This document shows positions 1 through 14,131 of a DNA stretch of 64,000 bases, piece after piece (the stretch's first letter is position 1; the number at the start of each line of letters is the position of its first letter). The notes under the pieces were generated by a model, which saw nothing but the letters and a program-made list of their open reading frames with translations, was not told where the DNA came from and did not search any database. The position numbers and the translations under genes are program-made. Origin of the DNA: Octopus sinensis (lineage: Eukaryota); contig NC_043005.1 in NCBI RefSeq assembly GCF_006345805.1, forward strand, positions 2,232,001 to 2,296,000, given 5' to 3'.

Positions 1-480
1 TTTAATAAATAGTCAAAAAAACGCCACTACAATTGTTCTTGTCTGATCGACAATTTCAGGTGGGACTTCCAATCTAAAATATCAAATTTTAAAATATAAA
101 AATAATAATTTAAAAAATAATTAAAGTATGAATGAAAAAATATAAATATATAATCCATATATAACCTATAATAATCCATATATAATCAATATATAAACAA
201 TTATAAACTAAAATAAACCTATCAACAATTAAATATAAAATATAAAATATAAAATATAAAATATAAAACCAAACAAAAAAAATAATAATAATATAATAAT
301 AACTCTATATATACCCATACACATATACCTAATTATATATAACCATATCTAACTACATACACTAAATCACACCCCTATATATATATCCCTATACATACAC
401 ATAAAAACGTCTAGGCAACTATAAATAAATAAAATAGCTAAATACTTCAACACAATACTTATTCATACTCCCACACGCAC
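1..480. repeat. Degenerate AT-rich low-complexity sequence
   Basis: Imperfect ATAAA/ATAT/ACAT units, no ORF. Confidence 0.6.
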
Positions 481-939
481 ACACATACAACCCACATTCA
501 CGCTCTAGAAAACGGACATCACTTAAAATTATGAACGGAGAAATAGAATAAATGGAATTAAAAATTATATTCACTTGGTAAAACTAACACTATATATATA
601 TACATATATATACGTAAATATCAAACAATAACAATGAGTGCTCAAGACTGCCATTGGTGGAAAAAATTCTTTATCTGTGTACTAAGGTTATTTTTGTTGT
701 TTCATGTTAAGAAAATATCTTTATATCTTAACAACTTTTCAAGCCTATCAGGTGGAGGAACTATGTACGTCTCTATTTTGGATTAAAACACGATTAAATC
801 ACGTGAAATCACGCGTGGTCTTGAAATAAAAAGAACAAATATTCACATGAGGGCGAAATGGAGACGAATATTATTCCTTCATTTCATCAGTTTGAAAAGT
901 TATTAAGATATTGTCCTAACATGAAACCAATAGCCACAA

Positions 940-1086
940 CACATTCTTTATTTTCTCTCCTTGTTTCTCTCTGTGTGCCTTTCTGTGGAAGAGCGTTGGC
1001 TCGAAACGTTAAAGACTTTTTCAATTCCCGAGCGTTAAACTAATACACCACCTGTCTTCATCTTTTGTTTTTTTGTGAATTCTCCC
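940..1086 (+). mobile_element. Short dispersed repeat (Penelope terminal-repeat-like) with hammerhead-like motif
   Basis: Same sequence recurs at 6860-7032 (+), 52431-52615 (-) and 53263-53445 (-); contains CTGTGGAA-GAGC-GTTG-GCTC-GAAAC-GTT; followed by (TA)n. Confidence 0.65.
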
Positions 1087-1156
<70 letters not shown>

Positions 1157-1168
1157 TCTGTTCTTTAA

Positions 1169-1206
<38 letters not shown>

Positions 1207-1857
1207 CATACATACATGCATATGCACATTTGTATGTATGTATGTTTATACGTAAGAAGAACAGTTAAACAGAGAATGTCAGAGCAGTAGAGAAAGAAAG
1301 AGAGCAGCAGGAGTGTATTATTCACAGAGGAAATGATTTTTAGGATAAGAATCTTCCATGATTGTGTGAAGGGCGGGGGGGGGGAAGCGTTATGCAAGTT
1401 TCGTTTATTTATTTTTACATTTTCGTTTGAAGATTGAACTAAACGGATTGCAAGAAATGGAGAAATTATTTCGAATGAGTTTGTTAAATTGATTCAGTTA
1501 TTTAATTAATATTGTCATGAAAGCTTTCCTGAGCCCGTGTACTTCTCTAGTAACTGTTTGCTTTTTATTATGGAATAAAGGTAAAGGTTTTACAAATGAA
1601 GACGATTACAAGATTTGCTTTTACAGCGTTAGTTTCGTAAGAAGTACAAACGATAAAACTGTTGTTTTGCTTAGTATCGTTTCAATATGGCTACGTTTGG
1701 AAAGGAAGGAGGACGACATATATGACTTTTGGATTGAGGATAGGGAGAGGAATAGAAAAGAGAGACAGACAAACAAAGACAGAGAGAAAGAGAGAGAATT
1801 GATAGAAAATCTCATTTCCTTATGCTGGTAATGCTGTACATGTTATTAATGTAGTTG

Positions 1858-1996
1858 TAGTGGTGGTGGCGGTGGTGGTGGCGGCAGCGGCGGTGGCGAC
1901 GGTGGCGGTGGTGGTGGCGGTGGTGGCTGTGGTGGTGGTGGTGGCGGTGTTGGTAGCGGCGGCAGCGGTGGCGGCGGTGGTGGTTGTGATGGTGGT
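1858..1996. repeat. (GGT/GGC)n imperfect microsatellite
   Basis: Direct reading. Confidence 0.9.
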
Positions 1997-2619
1997 TAGC
2001 TGACGGTTGTGGTGATATCTCGTTATTGTATCGTTTTCACGGTTGAGTAATCCGGGGCGTCTTTATCCGGATGCGTTTCTAGAAATGCTTTTGGGGCGTA
2101 ACTGACGTATGCAATTTTAAGAGAACAGACTTGTTGGTTTCAAAGAATATTAAATTGGTAGAAAGATCAGTTCCAGAGTAGGAAGGATGATAATATTAGA
2201 TGGCTGACACCTATTTTCAGCATTTCTTTTTAAAACTGTGCCATTATATTCGTAAACTATCGCATTAGAGTTCTAAACCATGGAATTAAATTTGTAAAAC
2301 ATGGCCATAATTGTGACGAAAAATTCAGCATATTTCAACAGTTGATGCTTAATTTGAAGTATTATTTGGAGAATAGAAATTTTGTTTGTTCATTTTTCTT
2401 TTAACTTGAAATTAAAACAAATTCATATTGAAAGAAACATTTATTTATTAAAGGAAACATTTACATATCTATTTTTTTCTGTTTCTTATTGTTGCCAGTG
2501 TTTAATATGTTATTTACATAATGAGATATTTTTACAACTGAAGATCTGATAGAATTGTCTTTCATAGTATCAGAGGATATAAGATATTGTCTCTGCCTGT
2601 TTATAGTTGTTACTAGTAA

Positions 2620-2687
<68 letters not shown>

Positions 2688-2990
2688 TATGTTTGACTTT
2701 TGCTTTATGTTTGTACAAGTTGGCTCCAAGTCTCACCCAGTGACCTCAAGAGACAACAGGTTGGAAGTTCACGTTGTTGTTATGCCAAGTGTGCCATATA
2801 TTTGGGGTTTTTTTGGTGTTGTACTAGTGAATGTCTAATACATAAATTACAAAAAAAAAAGTTTGTTTTAAACCTTGGGATTACATAGAGAGTATTTTGT
2901 GTAGGATATGAGCAGTTCCCATGAGCACTATCTTTTGAATTTCTGCCATTTTGGGGTTTCCTGGTATCTGAGTTAGGTAGCTAACTCAGA
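2688..2990 (-). mobile_element. Dong/R4-like lineage C, 3' end fragment between (TTA)n tracts
   Basis: Matches the 3' end of 36828-40718 (cccatgagcactatcttttga; ggctccaagtctcacccag); (ATT)n at 2619-2687 and 2991-3051. Confidence 0.85.
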
Positions 2991-2996
2991 TTATTA

Positions 2997-3051
<55 letters not shown>

Positions 3052-3053
<2 letters not shown>

Positions 3054-3142
3054 AGCAGTAAAGTAGCAGAATCGTTAGCACGCCGGGCTAAGTGCTTAGC
3101 GGTATTTCGTCCGTCTTTACGTTCTGAGTTCAAACTCTGCCG
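3052..3142 (+). mobile_element. tRNA-type SINE (family 2), 5' half only
   Basis: gcagaatcgttagcacgccgggc...gttctgagttcaaa matches the copies at 52930, 56109 and 58781. Confidence 0.8.
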
Positions 3143-4500
3143 ATTTCCCGATCGGTCCGTCAAGAGTGCTCTCTCTCTCTTCCCTTCTGTACGTATTACG
3201 GAAACTTGAGCTGCTGTAGGGCATCCCGCTCGAACCGGGACGTGGAAGGGCTCTGCTGGCTTTTTCAGGCAACATCACCATGATGGTGTCGAACACCTCA
3301 GAAATCGAGGTGGTCTGCACATCATTCGAGGAATATGAAAAGTTGATAGGAGCAAAACTTAACCCGGAAAAGTCGATGGGCTTGGAGCTTGGCACCTGAA
3401 GAGGCACGTCCATGCCGTCCAACAGCTCTATTGGGTGCTGGACGGACTGACCGTTAAAGTTGCTTGGGGTATGGTTCGTACCAGACCTCCAGGTAGATAA
3501 GAAATGGGATAAGGTGACCAACAGAGTAGCCAGTCTCACCCAGAAATGGGCTGCAAGGAAGCTGTCACTGAAAGGTCGAGCGGAAGTAATGAATGCGAAC
3601 ATCGCGTCCGTCATCTACTTCCGCCTGACCTTTGTGCCTTATCCTCGTTCGGGCCTCGCCAAGTTGGAGTGCCTCCTTTTCAAATTCTTCTGGAGTGGAC
3701 AGATTCCATTGATGAGGCGATCCATTTGCTGCCAGCACCCTCTACATGCGTAGACATGCGCTGAGGCTGTGGCATCACCAGATATTCTGCGTAAACGCAG
3801 AACAGGCGTTTGTCACCGTTTGTCAAACAGGCCTTTCCCCAGCTCGTCTCCTTGACTGAGCTGCAGTCCTGAATCAAAAAGAGACCCAGGCAGGGTGACC
3901 GGTATCTGAAATGTTGCCAGGCATTTACTGCCCTCTATCAACTGGAAAAATCGGTCAGTGGAACATCCACTCTTGATTTCTATAGAGGGTTAGTGGTGGA
4001 AAAATTCGGTGGCACACTTGGAGAGGCACTGGGCGTTGATGAAGTCGAACTGACCAGTCTCTTCCGGTGGACTTTCGATCCTCGGATGATGGATAACTTC
4101 CAGAAATTCCTCATTTGGCAGTGCTATGGGGGAGCCCTGCTGGTTCGAGATAAACTCTACAGGCACGAAGTGCTGTCAGACAAACCTGCCCGAGATGCGC
4201 GTAGAGCAACGAAACCGTTCTGCACGCTCTCATCTTGTGCCCATGCATTACTGACTTGTGGAATTATATCGAATAGTTGTCGCATGTAGGACGGATCCGG
4301 TTATCGGTAGGGTCCATTGTGAAGATTGACCCGCCGCTTTCCTTTGGCCACGAAAGGCAGGCAATTTTCCCCTGTCTGGTAGTAGTAGCGAAAGAGGTTG
4401 TATGGTGTACCAGGTTGAAAAGACTGAAGACGGACACCTTTCTCTTCGGCCAATTCCACATGAAGCCTTTTCAAATGTCACTTGGAAAGGAAGATGAGGG

Positions 4501-4581
<81 letters not shown>

Positions 4582-4908
4582 GCTGCATGGTAGTACATTT
4601 GCTGAAAGGTGGCTGAATGTAACGAGAATGGCACGTGCAGGTGGACCTACGCTAATAATGTGCCTGTGGGCTGGTGAAATTGAGGTGTACCTTTCCCAAG
4701 TACCCTCTAAGCGTTGGTTGAGGTACCTGAGCCAATCCTAGGTGGTCACCCCCACCCCATTGGGGAACTCTCATTGCTATATTTTGCTTCTTTAATGTTT
4801 ATTGTTATTGTTTTTCCTAATTGTTTACTCGCTGTTTTGTGTAAAAGCCCTACTCTCCCCACCTGCTGTATTGTCCCCTATATGTCGGCCCTTGTGGCCG
4901 ATAAATGA
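3143..4908 (+). mobile_element. Tx1/L1-clade LINE, 5'-truncated and decayed
   Basis: Broken frames give RT and post-RT motifs (EYEKLIGAKLNPEKS; KWAARKLSLKGRAEV; FFWSG; WQCYGGALLVRDKL; AKEVVW); 3' end precedes (ATT)n. Confidence 0.8.
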
Positions 4909-4909
4909 A

Positions 4910-4968
<59 letters not shown>

Positions 4969-5263
4969 CTGTGCTTCGCCCTTGTATAAGCATAATTTTA
5001 GAGCTGGAGGAACGGTGATACTCACATGTATTCTCGCGAAATGGCGCAGACATTTCTACCAAAATAAACAATAAATACACTTGTGATGTGTTGTCCACAG
5101 AAAAATAACGCGGATCTGGTGTGTGTGAAGCTAGATTTATTGCATAAAAATCGTCAAAGAACACCATGCCTCCCCCCACACACACGCGCGCGCATTTTCG
5201 TTTTTGTTATTTGCAATGTTTTAGTCTATTTGTTGTTGTCAATGATGTTGATAGCGTTATTTC

Positions 5264-5294
<31 letters not shown>

Positions 5295-5646
5295 GCTGTT
5301 GTTGTTATGCAGCTTTGCATCCTTAATATCATAAGTAGTCGTTTGCTACTTGAATCTATTTACACTTAGATATTCATCTATTTCATGTTGAATCGATACC
5401 CACCATCACCACCACCACCACCATTCTACTGTATTAGTAACGTTGTTGCATACGTCATTGAACCGTTGTTATTATTGCTGTTGTTGTTGTTGTTGTTGTC
5501 GCTATATCATGTGTTGCTTTCGCTGTTTGTTCCTATCACTTAACTTTCTTTTTTATACCACAAAACTCTCCGCTTCCCTAATTTGTACTTACATCCATCA
5601 AACTCTTTATCTCATCGTGCATATCACACAATGCTTCTACACATCT

Positions 5647-5702
<56 letters not shown>

Positions 5703-6026
5703 TATTGTATATCTTCCTCCATTATTTAGTCTCTCTCTCTCTGTCTCTCTCCCTCTCTTCCTCTCCCTCTCTCTGTCTCTCTCCTCCTTCCCAACATTTT
5801 TTTTACCTCATCAACCGTGAAGTTTACAGCAACATTGCCGTACCGATTCGTTGATATTTGCTCACTAAACCGTGAACCCCTCCGAGGTTTAACGACTCAC
5901 ATCTGCGCATGTTTCCACTCTATACTAAATAAGCTCTTGGATAAATATGCACGCATGCACAAAGATACGATATAAGCATAAATTCAGAGATATACGAATG
6001 CATGCATTCATATAAATGTATATATA

Positions 6027-6130
<104 letters not shown>

Positions 6131-6235
6131 CATACATACATATATACATACATATATACATACATATATATATACATATATACATGTATATATGCATGTA
6201 TGTATTTATATATATATATATGTATATATGTAGGC

Positions 6236-6269
<34 letters not shown>

Positions 6270-6859
6270 ATATATATGTATATATACGTGTGTGTGTGTG
6301 TATATATTTATGTATGCATGTATATATATATATGTATATATGTATGTGTGTATGTATGTATATATATATATATATATATGGAAGCAAACAGGTTATCTTA
6401 AAGGTAGCATGTTTGCGAATGTCTTTTGTATGTATTACTTTTAAACAACAATATTATTGACACAGTGAGATCGAAGTTTCGGCTAGTTGAGCCACTGCTT
6501 CGGCTATGTAAGGCCGTCCGACGATGAAACAACTGGCTGAGACTTAGAAGTCACTGTCAATAATATTCTTTTTCAAGAATAATAAATCTGTACTCTAGAA
6601 AAGTAGAGAGTAATCAATCTATCAGATTAATGTAAAACTGTTTATAACTGAACATAAAAATATATATGTGTGAGTGTTTTGTGTGTATGTGTGTGTGTGT
6701 GTGAGTGATGCGCTCGCGCGAGCACGTATAAACGCAAACAGGCGATCTTAAAGATAACGTGTCCGCGTTGGTATATGCTGATTACTTCATACACTTTCTG
6801 TCTATATACCCATATAACATATGTATGTATGTACTGTCATCATTGATCGCGAAGCACTA

Positions 6860-7032
6860 AACCGTTTTCTATTTTCTCTCTGTTTATTTCTGTGTTCCTT
6901 TCTGTTGAAGAGCGTAGGCTCGAAATGTAAAAGACTCTCACTTCCCGAGCATTAAACTAATACATCTGTTTGTTGTTTACACACCAGTCTTCATCTTTTG
7001 TTTTGTTTTGCTTTTTTGTAAATTCCAACTAT
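6860..7032 (+). mobile_element. Short dispersed repeat with hammerhead-like motif (copy 2)
   Basis: CTTT-CTGTTGAA-GAGC-GTAG-GCTC-GAAAT-GTA-AAAG at 6898-6933; homologous to 940-1086. Confidence 0.65.
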
Positions 7033-7059
7033 GTACGTATGTATGTATGTATTATGTAC

Positions 7060-9795
7060 GTTACCAATACCATGTTTCAACAAAAGAATAAGCTTAAGAC
7101 TACATGGATGCACCCTGCATCTAAAGAATGGCATATTCTGGATTACATCCTAGTTAGGGTGCGTGACAGTCAGGATGTGCAGTGTGTTCGTGTTCTTCGT
7201 GGAGCTGAGTGTTGGACTGACCACCGCCTAGTACGTGCAAAAGTGAAATTAGTCACAAAACATAAAATCCGAGCTGCAGGGATGACCCTGCCTAAAAGAC
7301 TGAATCTTGATCGTCTTAGGTATAATAGTGTGAAGAGAACTTTACGAGAGGAAATGAATGCTGCAGATATTGGGGAGGATTGGCCGGCCCTTAAAAAGTC
7401 AGTTTATGATATAGGCAAAAAAGTTCTGGGATTGATACAAAGAAAACATCAATATTGGTTCAAAGAAAATGATGAACATAAAGATGATTTATTGGCTGAT
7501 AAAAGACGTACTTTGTCATGCTATTTGTCAGCAAAGTCACAGGAAAGGGAAGTGTTGCATAGGGAACTCAAGGACGTAAAATCACGTGTGAGGCAAAGGC
7601 TCTCTCAGATGAGGGATACGTGGTGGAGTAAGAGGGCTGATGAGATACAGGCGGCATCAGATTCCAATAACACAAAGCTGTGGTATAGTCTCTTGCGAGA
7701 AGTTTATGGACCGACGTCTTCCCTGATGACACCAATTCGAAGCAGGGATGGTAAAGAACTTCTTCGTGATTCACAAGGAATTCTGCGAAGGTGGCAAGGA
7801 CATATTGATGAACTTTTGAATCAGCAGTCTGTAGTTAGTGAGGATGTTCTCAATCTCATCCCTGGATGGCCTGTGAAGGCAGCACTCGCAGAACCACCAA
7901 AGAAGTTGCAATGGCTGTCTCAAGGTTGAATAATGGGAAGTCTCCGGGTATGGATGGCATACATGCGGAGTTGTTACCGCATGGTGGTGAGAAAATTCTG
8001 CAGAAACTTCACTCTTTGTTTGGTATGGTATGGACTAGTGAATCTGTACCTGAGGACTGGAGAGATGCAGTAATGGTGGTCCTATATAAGGGTAAGGGCA
8101 ACATTGTGGTAATTATAGAGGAATATCATTGCTGTCTGCTGTAGGAAAGGTTTTATGCAGGATACTTCTGGACCGTCTGCTGAAATACATTGCTGATTGT
8201 GTTCTTCCAGAAAGTCAATTTGGCTTTCATGTGGGATGCGGCACTGCTGATATGATCTTTTCAGCTAGACAGCTTCAGGAAAAGTGTGTGGAACAGGGTC
8301 TGGATTTGTATCAGGTGTTTGTCGATCTGACAAAAGCCTTTGATGCCGTCAATAGAAAAGCATTGTGGAAAGTCCTCCAGAATCTTGGGTGTCCTGAAAA
8401 GTTCCTTGCTTTGGTTAGGTCTTTTCATGAAGACATTAATGGTAGGGTGAATGTTAGAGGGAAGATGTCGGAGCCCATTTCAATACAAAATGGAGTGAAA
8501 CAGGGGGATATTCTGGCACCGACCCTATTTTCCATATATTTCGCGATGGTGTTCTGTATTGCATTCAGAGACTGCAGATACGGTTTTTACGTCCATTATC
8601 GAACCTCTGGCAGCATATTTAATATCAGGCGCCTTGCTGCAAAAACAAAGATATTTACCTCTATCATAAGAGACCTTTTGTATGCTGATGATTGTGAGCT
8701 AGTAGCACACACAGAGATTGATATGCAACACATTTTGAATGCATTCTCTGATGCTTGCACTGCCTTAGGATTGACAGTCAATCTCAAGAAAACTGTTGTC
8801 ATACATCAACCTGCCCCTGGTAAGCAGTATAGTGTACCAAATATCTATGTGAATAGTAAACGACTTGATGTAGTCGATCAGTTTGTCTACCTGGGAAGTT
8901 CTATTAATAGATATGGCAATTTGAATGATAAAATTCCATATAGAATTAGGAAAGCAAGTGTTGCTTTCGGAAGGCTAGAAAAGCGCCTCTGGAGTCGGCG
9001 AGACATGCAGAAAGACAAAGATAAAGGTGTACAAGGCATGTGTGCTCCCTTCTCTTCTCTATGCCTGCGAGACGTGGGTCACATATCGATACCACCTTAA
9101 ACGACTGGAACGTTTCCATCAGATGTGCCTCAGACGGATCTATGGCATTAAGTGGAAGGACCGCATCGGTGATCTTGAAATATTGGAAGGCTCTCGGTGT
9201 GAAAGTATAGAAGCTCTTGAGTTAAAGCAAAGACTCAGATGGAGTGGTCATCTGGTCTGGATGAAGGATTCAAGGATGCCAAAACAACTCTTTTTTGGAG
9301 AGTTAGCTAAAGGAGAACGACCTCCACATAAACCAAAAAAGAGGTATAAGGACTTGCTGAAGGCTTCCTTAAGAGATGCTTGCATCTCTCCTGACACATG
9401 GGAAGGCATAGCTATTGATCGTAGCAGGTGGAGAAGGATTGTGCATGAGGGGACAGCCACGTTTGAGAAATCTCGAGTTGCACATGAGAAAGTAAGGAGG
9501 GATGTCAGGAAGAGCATCGCTGTTAGACTTCCAGAAGGGAAGGGTCGTCCTTTGATTCTGACATGCAATGTCTGTGCAAGACCCTGCCTCGGTAAAACTG
9601 GACTCATGAGTCATCTTCGTAGTCATAAAACGAGACAGATGAGTGACAACCTGGCCACTGGTGGTGGTGTAACACACCATACTAATCATATCTGTCGGGT
9701 ATGTGGAAGGGAGTGTAATTCGGCAGGAGGACTTAAACGACATGCAAAGGTACATGAAGCCCAGTTACAACTACAGCCGGCTATTACCGGCTATG
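7060..9795 (+). mobile_element. RTE-clade LINE, 5'-truncated in the endonuclease domain and frameshifted; RT plus two C-terminal C2H2 fingers
   Basis: ORFs 6970-7929 (WMHPASKEWHILDYILVR, TDHRLV), 7866-8144, 8129-9100 (LPESQFGF, FVDLTKAFD, GVKQGDILAPTLF, LLYADD) and 9027-9917 (LLYACETW, RLRWSGH, two CxxC...HxxxH). Confidence 0.92.
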
Positions 9796-10135
9796 AATGT
9801 ATGTATGTATGTATGTATGTATGTAATGTATGTATGTATGTATGTATGTATGTATGTATGTATGTATGTGTGTATGTAGGTATGTATGTATGTATGTATG
9901 TATGTATGTATGTATGAATGTATGTATGTATGTATGTATGTGTGTATGTAGGTATGTATGTATGTATGTATGTATGTATGTATGTTGTATGTATGTATGT
10001 ATGTATGTATATATGTATGTATGTAGGTATGTGTGTATGTATGTGTGTATATGTATGTATGTATGAATGTATGTATGTATGTATGTATGTATGTATGTAT
10101 GTATGTATGTATGTATGAATGTATGTATGTAAGTA

Positions 10136-10171
<36 letters not shown>

Positions 10172-10181
10172 TGTATGTATG
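9796..10181. repeat. (TATG)n tail of the RTE element
   Basis: Starts directly at the element 3' end. Confidence 0.9.
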
Positions 10182-10514
10182 TTTCTGTGTGTAGATTGTC
10201 TTCTGTCTGCATTTTCCTTTCCATTCATATAAATGTTCTCTTATTTGCAAAATTCAACACAATTCGTTTTTATTTTCCCATGCTCAGTATTATTATTCAG
10301 ACATATTTATTTTGCTTGTGTCATTTTGTGGACAACAACTTCATTGTTTGCAGATTTACAACAAACCAGTATTTGGTTCATTCCATTTACGATCACCAGA
10401 ATAAAAAGGGATTATCGATGTAGCTAGGGTGGAGTAAACATGGTAAAGGGTTTTATTGATCTTTCCGTCTATGTCGATTTATATCACTGAGTGATACACA
10501 CACACACACACACA

Positions 10515-10985
10515 TGTTATGATCGGTAGAATCCACTGAAGCCCAGCAAAGTCACCAGTAGTATCCCGCAGGGGTCTGTCTTTGGTCCGCTTCTGTTTAT
10601 AGTCTATATAAACGACATTTCAAGCGTCATAAATCACAGCAAAGTGAAAATATTCGCTGATGACTCTAAGCTTCACAAAATCATCAACGGAGACGAAGAC
10701 CGAAATGAACTCCAATCGGATCTCCATGCTGTGAGTCAATGGGCAGACAAAAACAAAATGCAACTGAACGAGGGAAAATTTGAGCTGATGCATTTTGGAA
10801 GAAAGACTCTGCTAAAACAGCCATACTCTCTTTCTTCAAGGGAACCACTTACAACATCTAATATCAGAGACCTAGGAGTAATTGTTGATAAAAATCTTGG
10901 AGTACCAACATCATCAATAAAGTCGATATAGCTCGTAGAGTGAGTTCCTGGATCCTAAGAACCTTCCGGTCCAGAGAACAAGGTG
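10515..10985 (+). mobile_element. CR1-like LINE RT fragment
   Basis: IPQGSVFGPLLF..YIND, KIFADDSKL and IRDLGVIVD; same family as 50831-52400. Confidence 0.85.
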
Positions 10986-12199
10986 TTTCAGGATTTTACT
11001 GGAAAGTTTAAAAGAAAAATCTTTGGGTGGCGTTGATTCATAATTTTAATGCGATTTAAAATTTTTTATTGTTTGTGCAGATTCAGTCAAAATTACCAAC
11101 TTTATGCATATTTTCAAAAACTGATTGCTGTCTCCGACAAAGATGAATGATTGCCGCATCTATTCTCGAAAGTGAATTACACATGATTAAAGATTATCAT
11201 CGTTAACTTTATTTCTGCGGATTTATATTTCATTTGGCTTCCAGTGAATGTCCCCAGGTTAAATGTACTTAATCAGGACTGACAATCTAAATCTAGCAGC
11301 CAAATGTCTCTGAAAGTACACTTCTGCTGAACGTAAGAAAAAAAAAAGGAGCTATTGGATAAAATAATCTCAGATAAACTCTGTAAAAACTTTGTGGTCA
11401 TGGCTGGAATGCCTTTGATCTCAGGTTTGATTAGAAATTATCCGGAGCTAAACAACATCTGCAAAGTATAGCTAATCTATTCTATATTTTAATAAACAAC
11501 ATTTATCTAGCTGAAATTTACACGCTATGTTTTTCATAATATACAAACTGTTTCTAACCTTCGCAATACCTATTTTAATTGAATCGATAGCCACAGATTC
11601 GATATAACTAGTCAACTAGTTAGAATTAGTCACTTAGCATCTTTAACCATAGCTAGTCAGACAATCTATAACGTGCATCTCTAATATTCACATGATGAGT
11701 CTATATCGCCAATCTATACTTACTCCCTCGGGGAAATCGGGTTCAGTGGCGAGAACTGGTTGTAATTGTTCACTTGTTGCTTAAGAGCTGTCGGGAGATG
11801 CCTTCCCTACAAATTCCCACTTGAACCGTTAAATATATTGAACTTCTATTATCAACCGATATAAATCTCCATTACTTTCAATGTTGGTATTTGCACAGTA
11901 GTTTGTCATAAACATCTCAAGGACTTGTAATTATTTACCGTAAGCTCTTTATACCGTTCCTAAGAAATAAGACCTTGTGATTGAGTTAATGATATTCTAT
12001 ATCGATTACGATTTCTATAATTAGCTCAGATCTTTTGCCAATCAGCAAATTTCCCTTCCTTTTCATAAAAACTGATGATCGGCGAAAATATAGAAAATAT
12101 ATAGATATCATCTGTCCACTTTTTTACTAAGATTAGCATATTGAATTCTCTAAATAAATAAACGTTTATCGTACTTAAATGGGGGACCCTTCACCAAAT

Positions 12200-12850
12200 G
12201 CCCCTTCTTTTAATTGAAGTCTATTTCTATCTGCCTCCTGTTTTCTCTTCTTTCTAAATCATTATTTCATTTCATTGTACTTTTTCTCTCTTCACTCTCT
12301 TTCGTCTCTTTTCTCTCATTTATTCTAGACTTCTTTTCTAACACCACCAGGTATTTTCTTTATTCGTTTTCTTTTTTCTTCCCATCGGTTTTTTTTTTCT
12401 TTTTTGCTATTAAGCTGTTACCCCCCCCCCCATTCTCCTGTTTTCCTCCAACCAGACATCTTCTTTTTTAATATCTTCCTCTTTGCTCCGTCGCCATTTC
12501 TCTTCTCCTCCCGACCATTTTTACATTCTTACATCATTCTCTCTCGCTTCCTCCACCATTTTTCTTCCTTTCCCACTCTATTCTACTTATTTACATCTTC
12601 TTACCTTTCTTCATCAATATTTTCTTCCTTCTCTCTTCATCACTTCCCTTCTTTTAGTTTTTTTTCTCTCCTGTTCTCATCTCTTTACTAAATTCACGAC
12701 TTCTCTTCATCTTCCCTCTCTCCCCTTCATTCCATTCGCTGCCCTCATCCTACGCCCCTACATTTCGCCTTATAAACTCTCTCTCTCTCTTTCTCCCTCT
12801 ATCCATCCACCTGTTAATGCCAACCTCTTCTTTTAACTACTTCTCTTCCA
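12200..12850. repeat. Pyrimidine-rich low-complexity tract
   Basis: C/T-dominated with no consistent period. Confidence 0.75.
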
Positions 12851-12999
12851 TTGTTAGCTTAATGGACTCCAGTTAGCTTCACCAAGTTGAACTCTTTAAA
12901 ACATGAAATTTCTTTTCATTCAACAGGACCTGTGCGAGGCAGAACTTTTCTTCTTAAATAATAATACCTTGATTGACTTTTACTCACCCATCTCTCTCT

Positions 13000-13770
<771 letters not shown>

Positions 13771-14131
13771 TGTCTCTTCATCACGCCACCTACATTTATA
13801 TTTAACGCAACAATCGACTTAAAAAGTTTTCAGAGATCAAAACCAAAACATATTTTGCTAGAAATAGATGCCACCTGCTGTAAAGGTCACTCAGGGACCA
13901 GATCACCGCATTCACCTTCCACCATATCACGATTATGATCATTTTCATCCTCCTCATCTGCCTCCTCCACCACCACCGCCGCCACCTCTACCACTAATAT
14001 TGTTATTCGCATTGCCGTCAGTGCAAACAACTGTTTCTAATTTCGGCAAAAGGTCATAAAAAATTGTGAGGGCAGCTCAAGCGATTCTATCGATTCCAGT
14101 ATTTCATTGGAATCTCTTTTTGTTTTAAACA

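Noticed and set aside
630-855. Similarity to 58210-58530 (shared aaatcacgcgt)
   Set aside because: Only a short word match in AT-rich DNA.
3117-3614. 165-aa minus-strand ORF, and similar antisense ORFs over the LINEs (e.g. 9248-9755, 30785, 42207)
   Set aside because: Antisense shadows of retroelement coding sequence.
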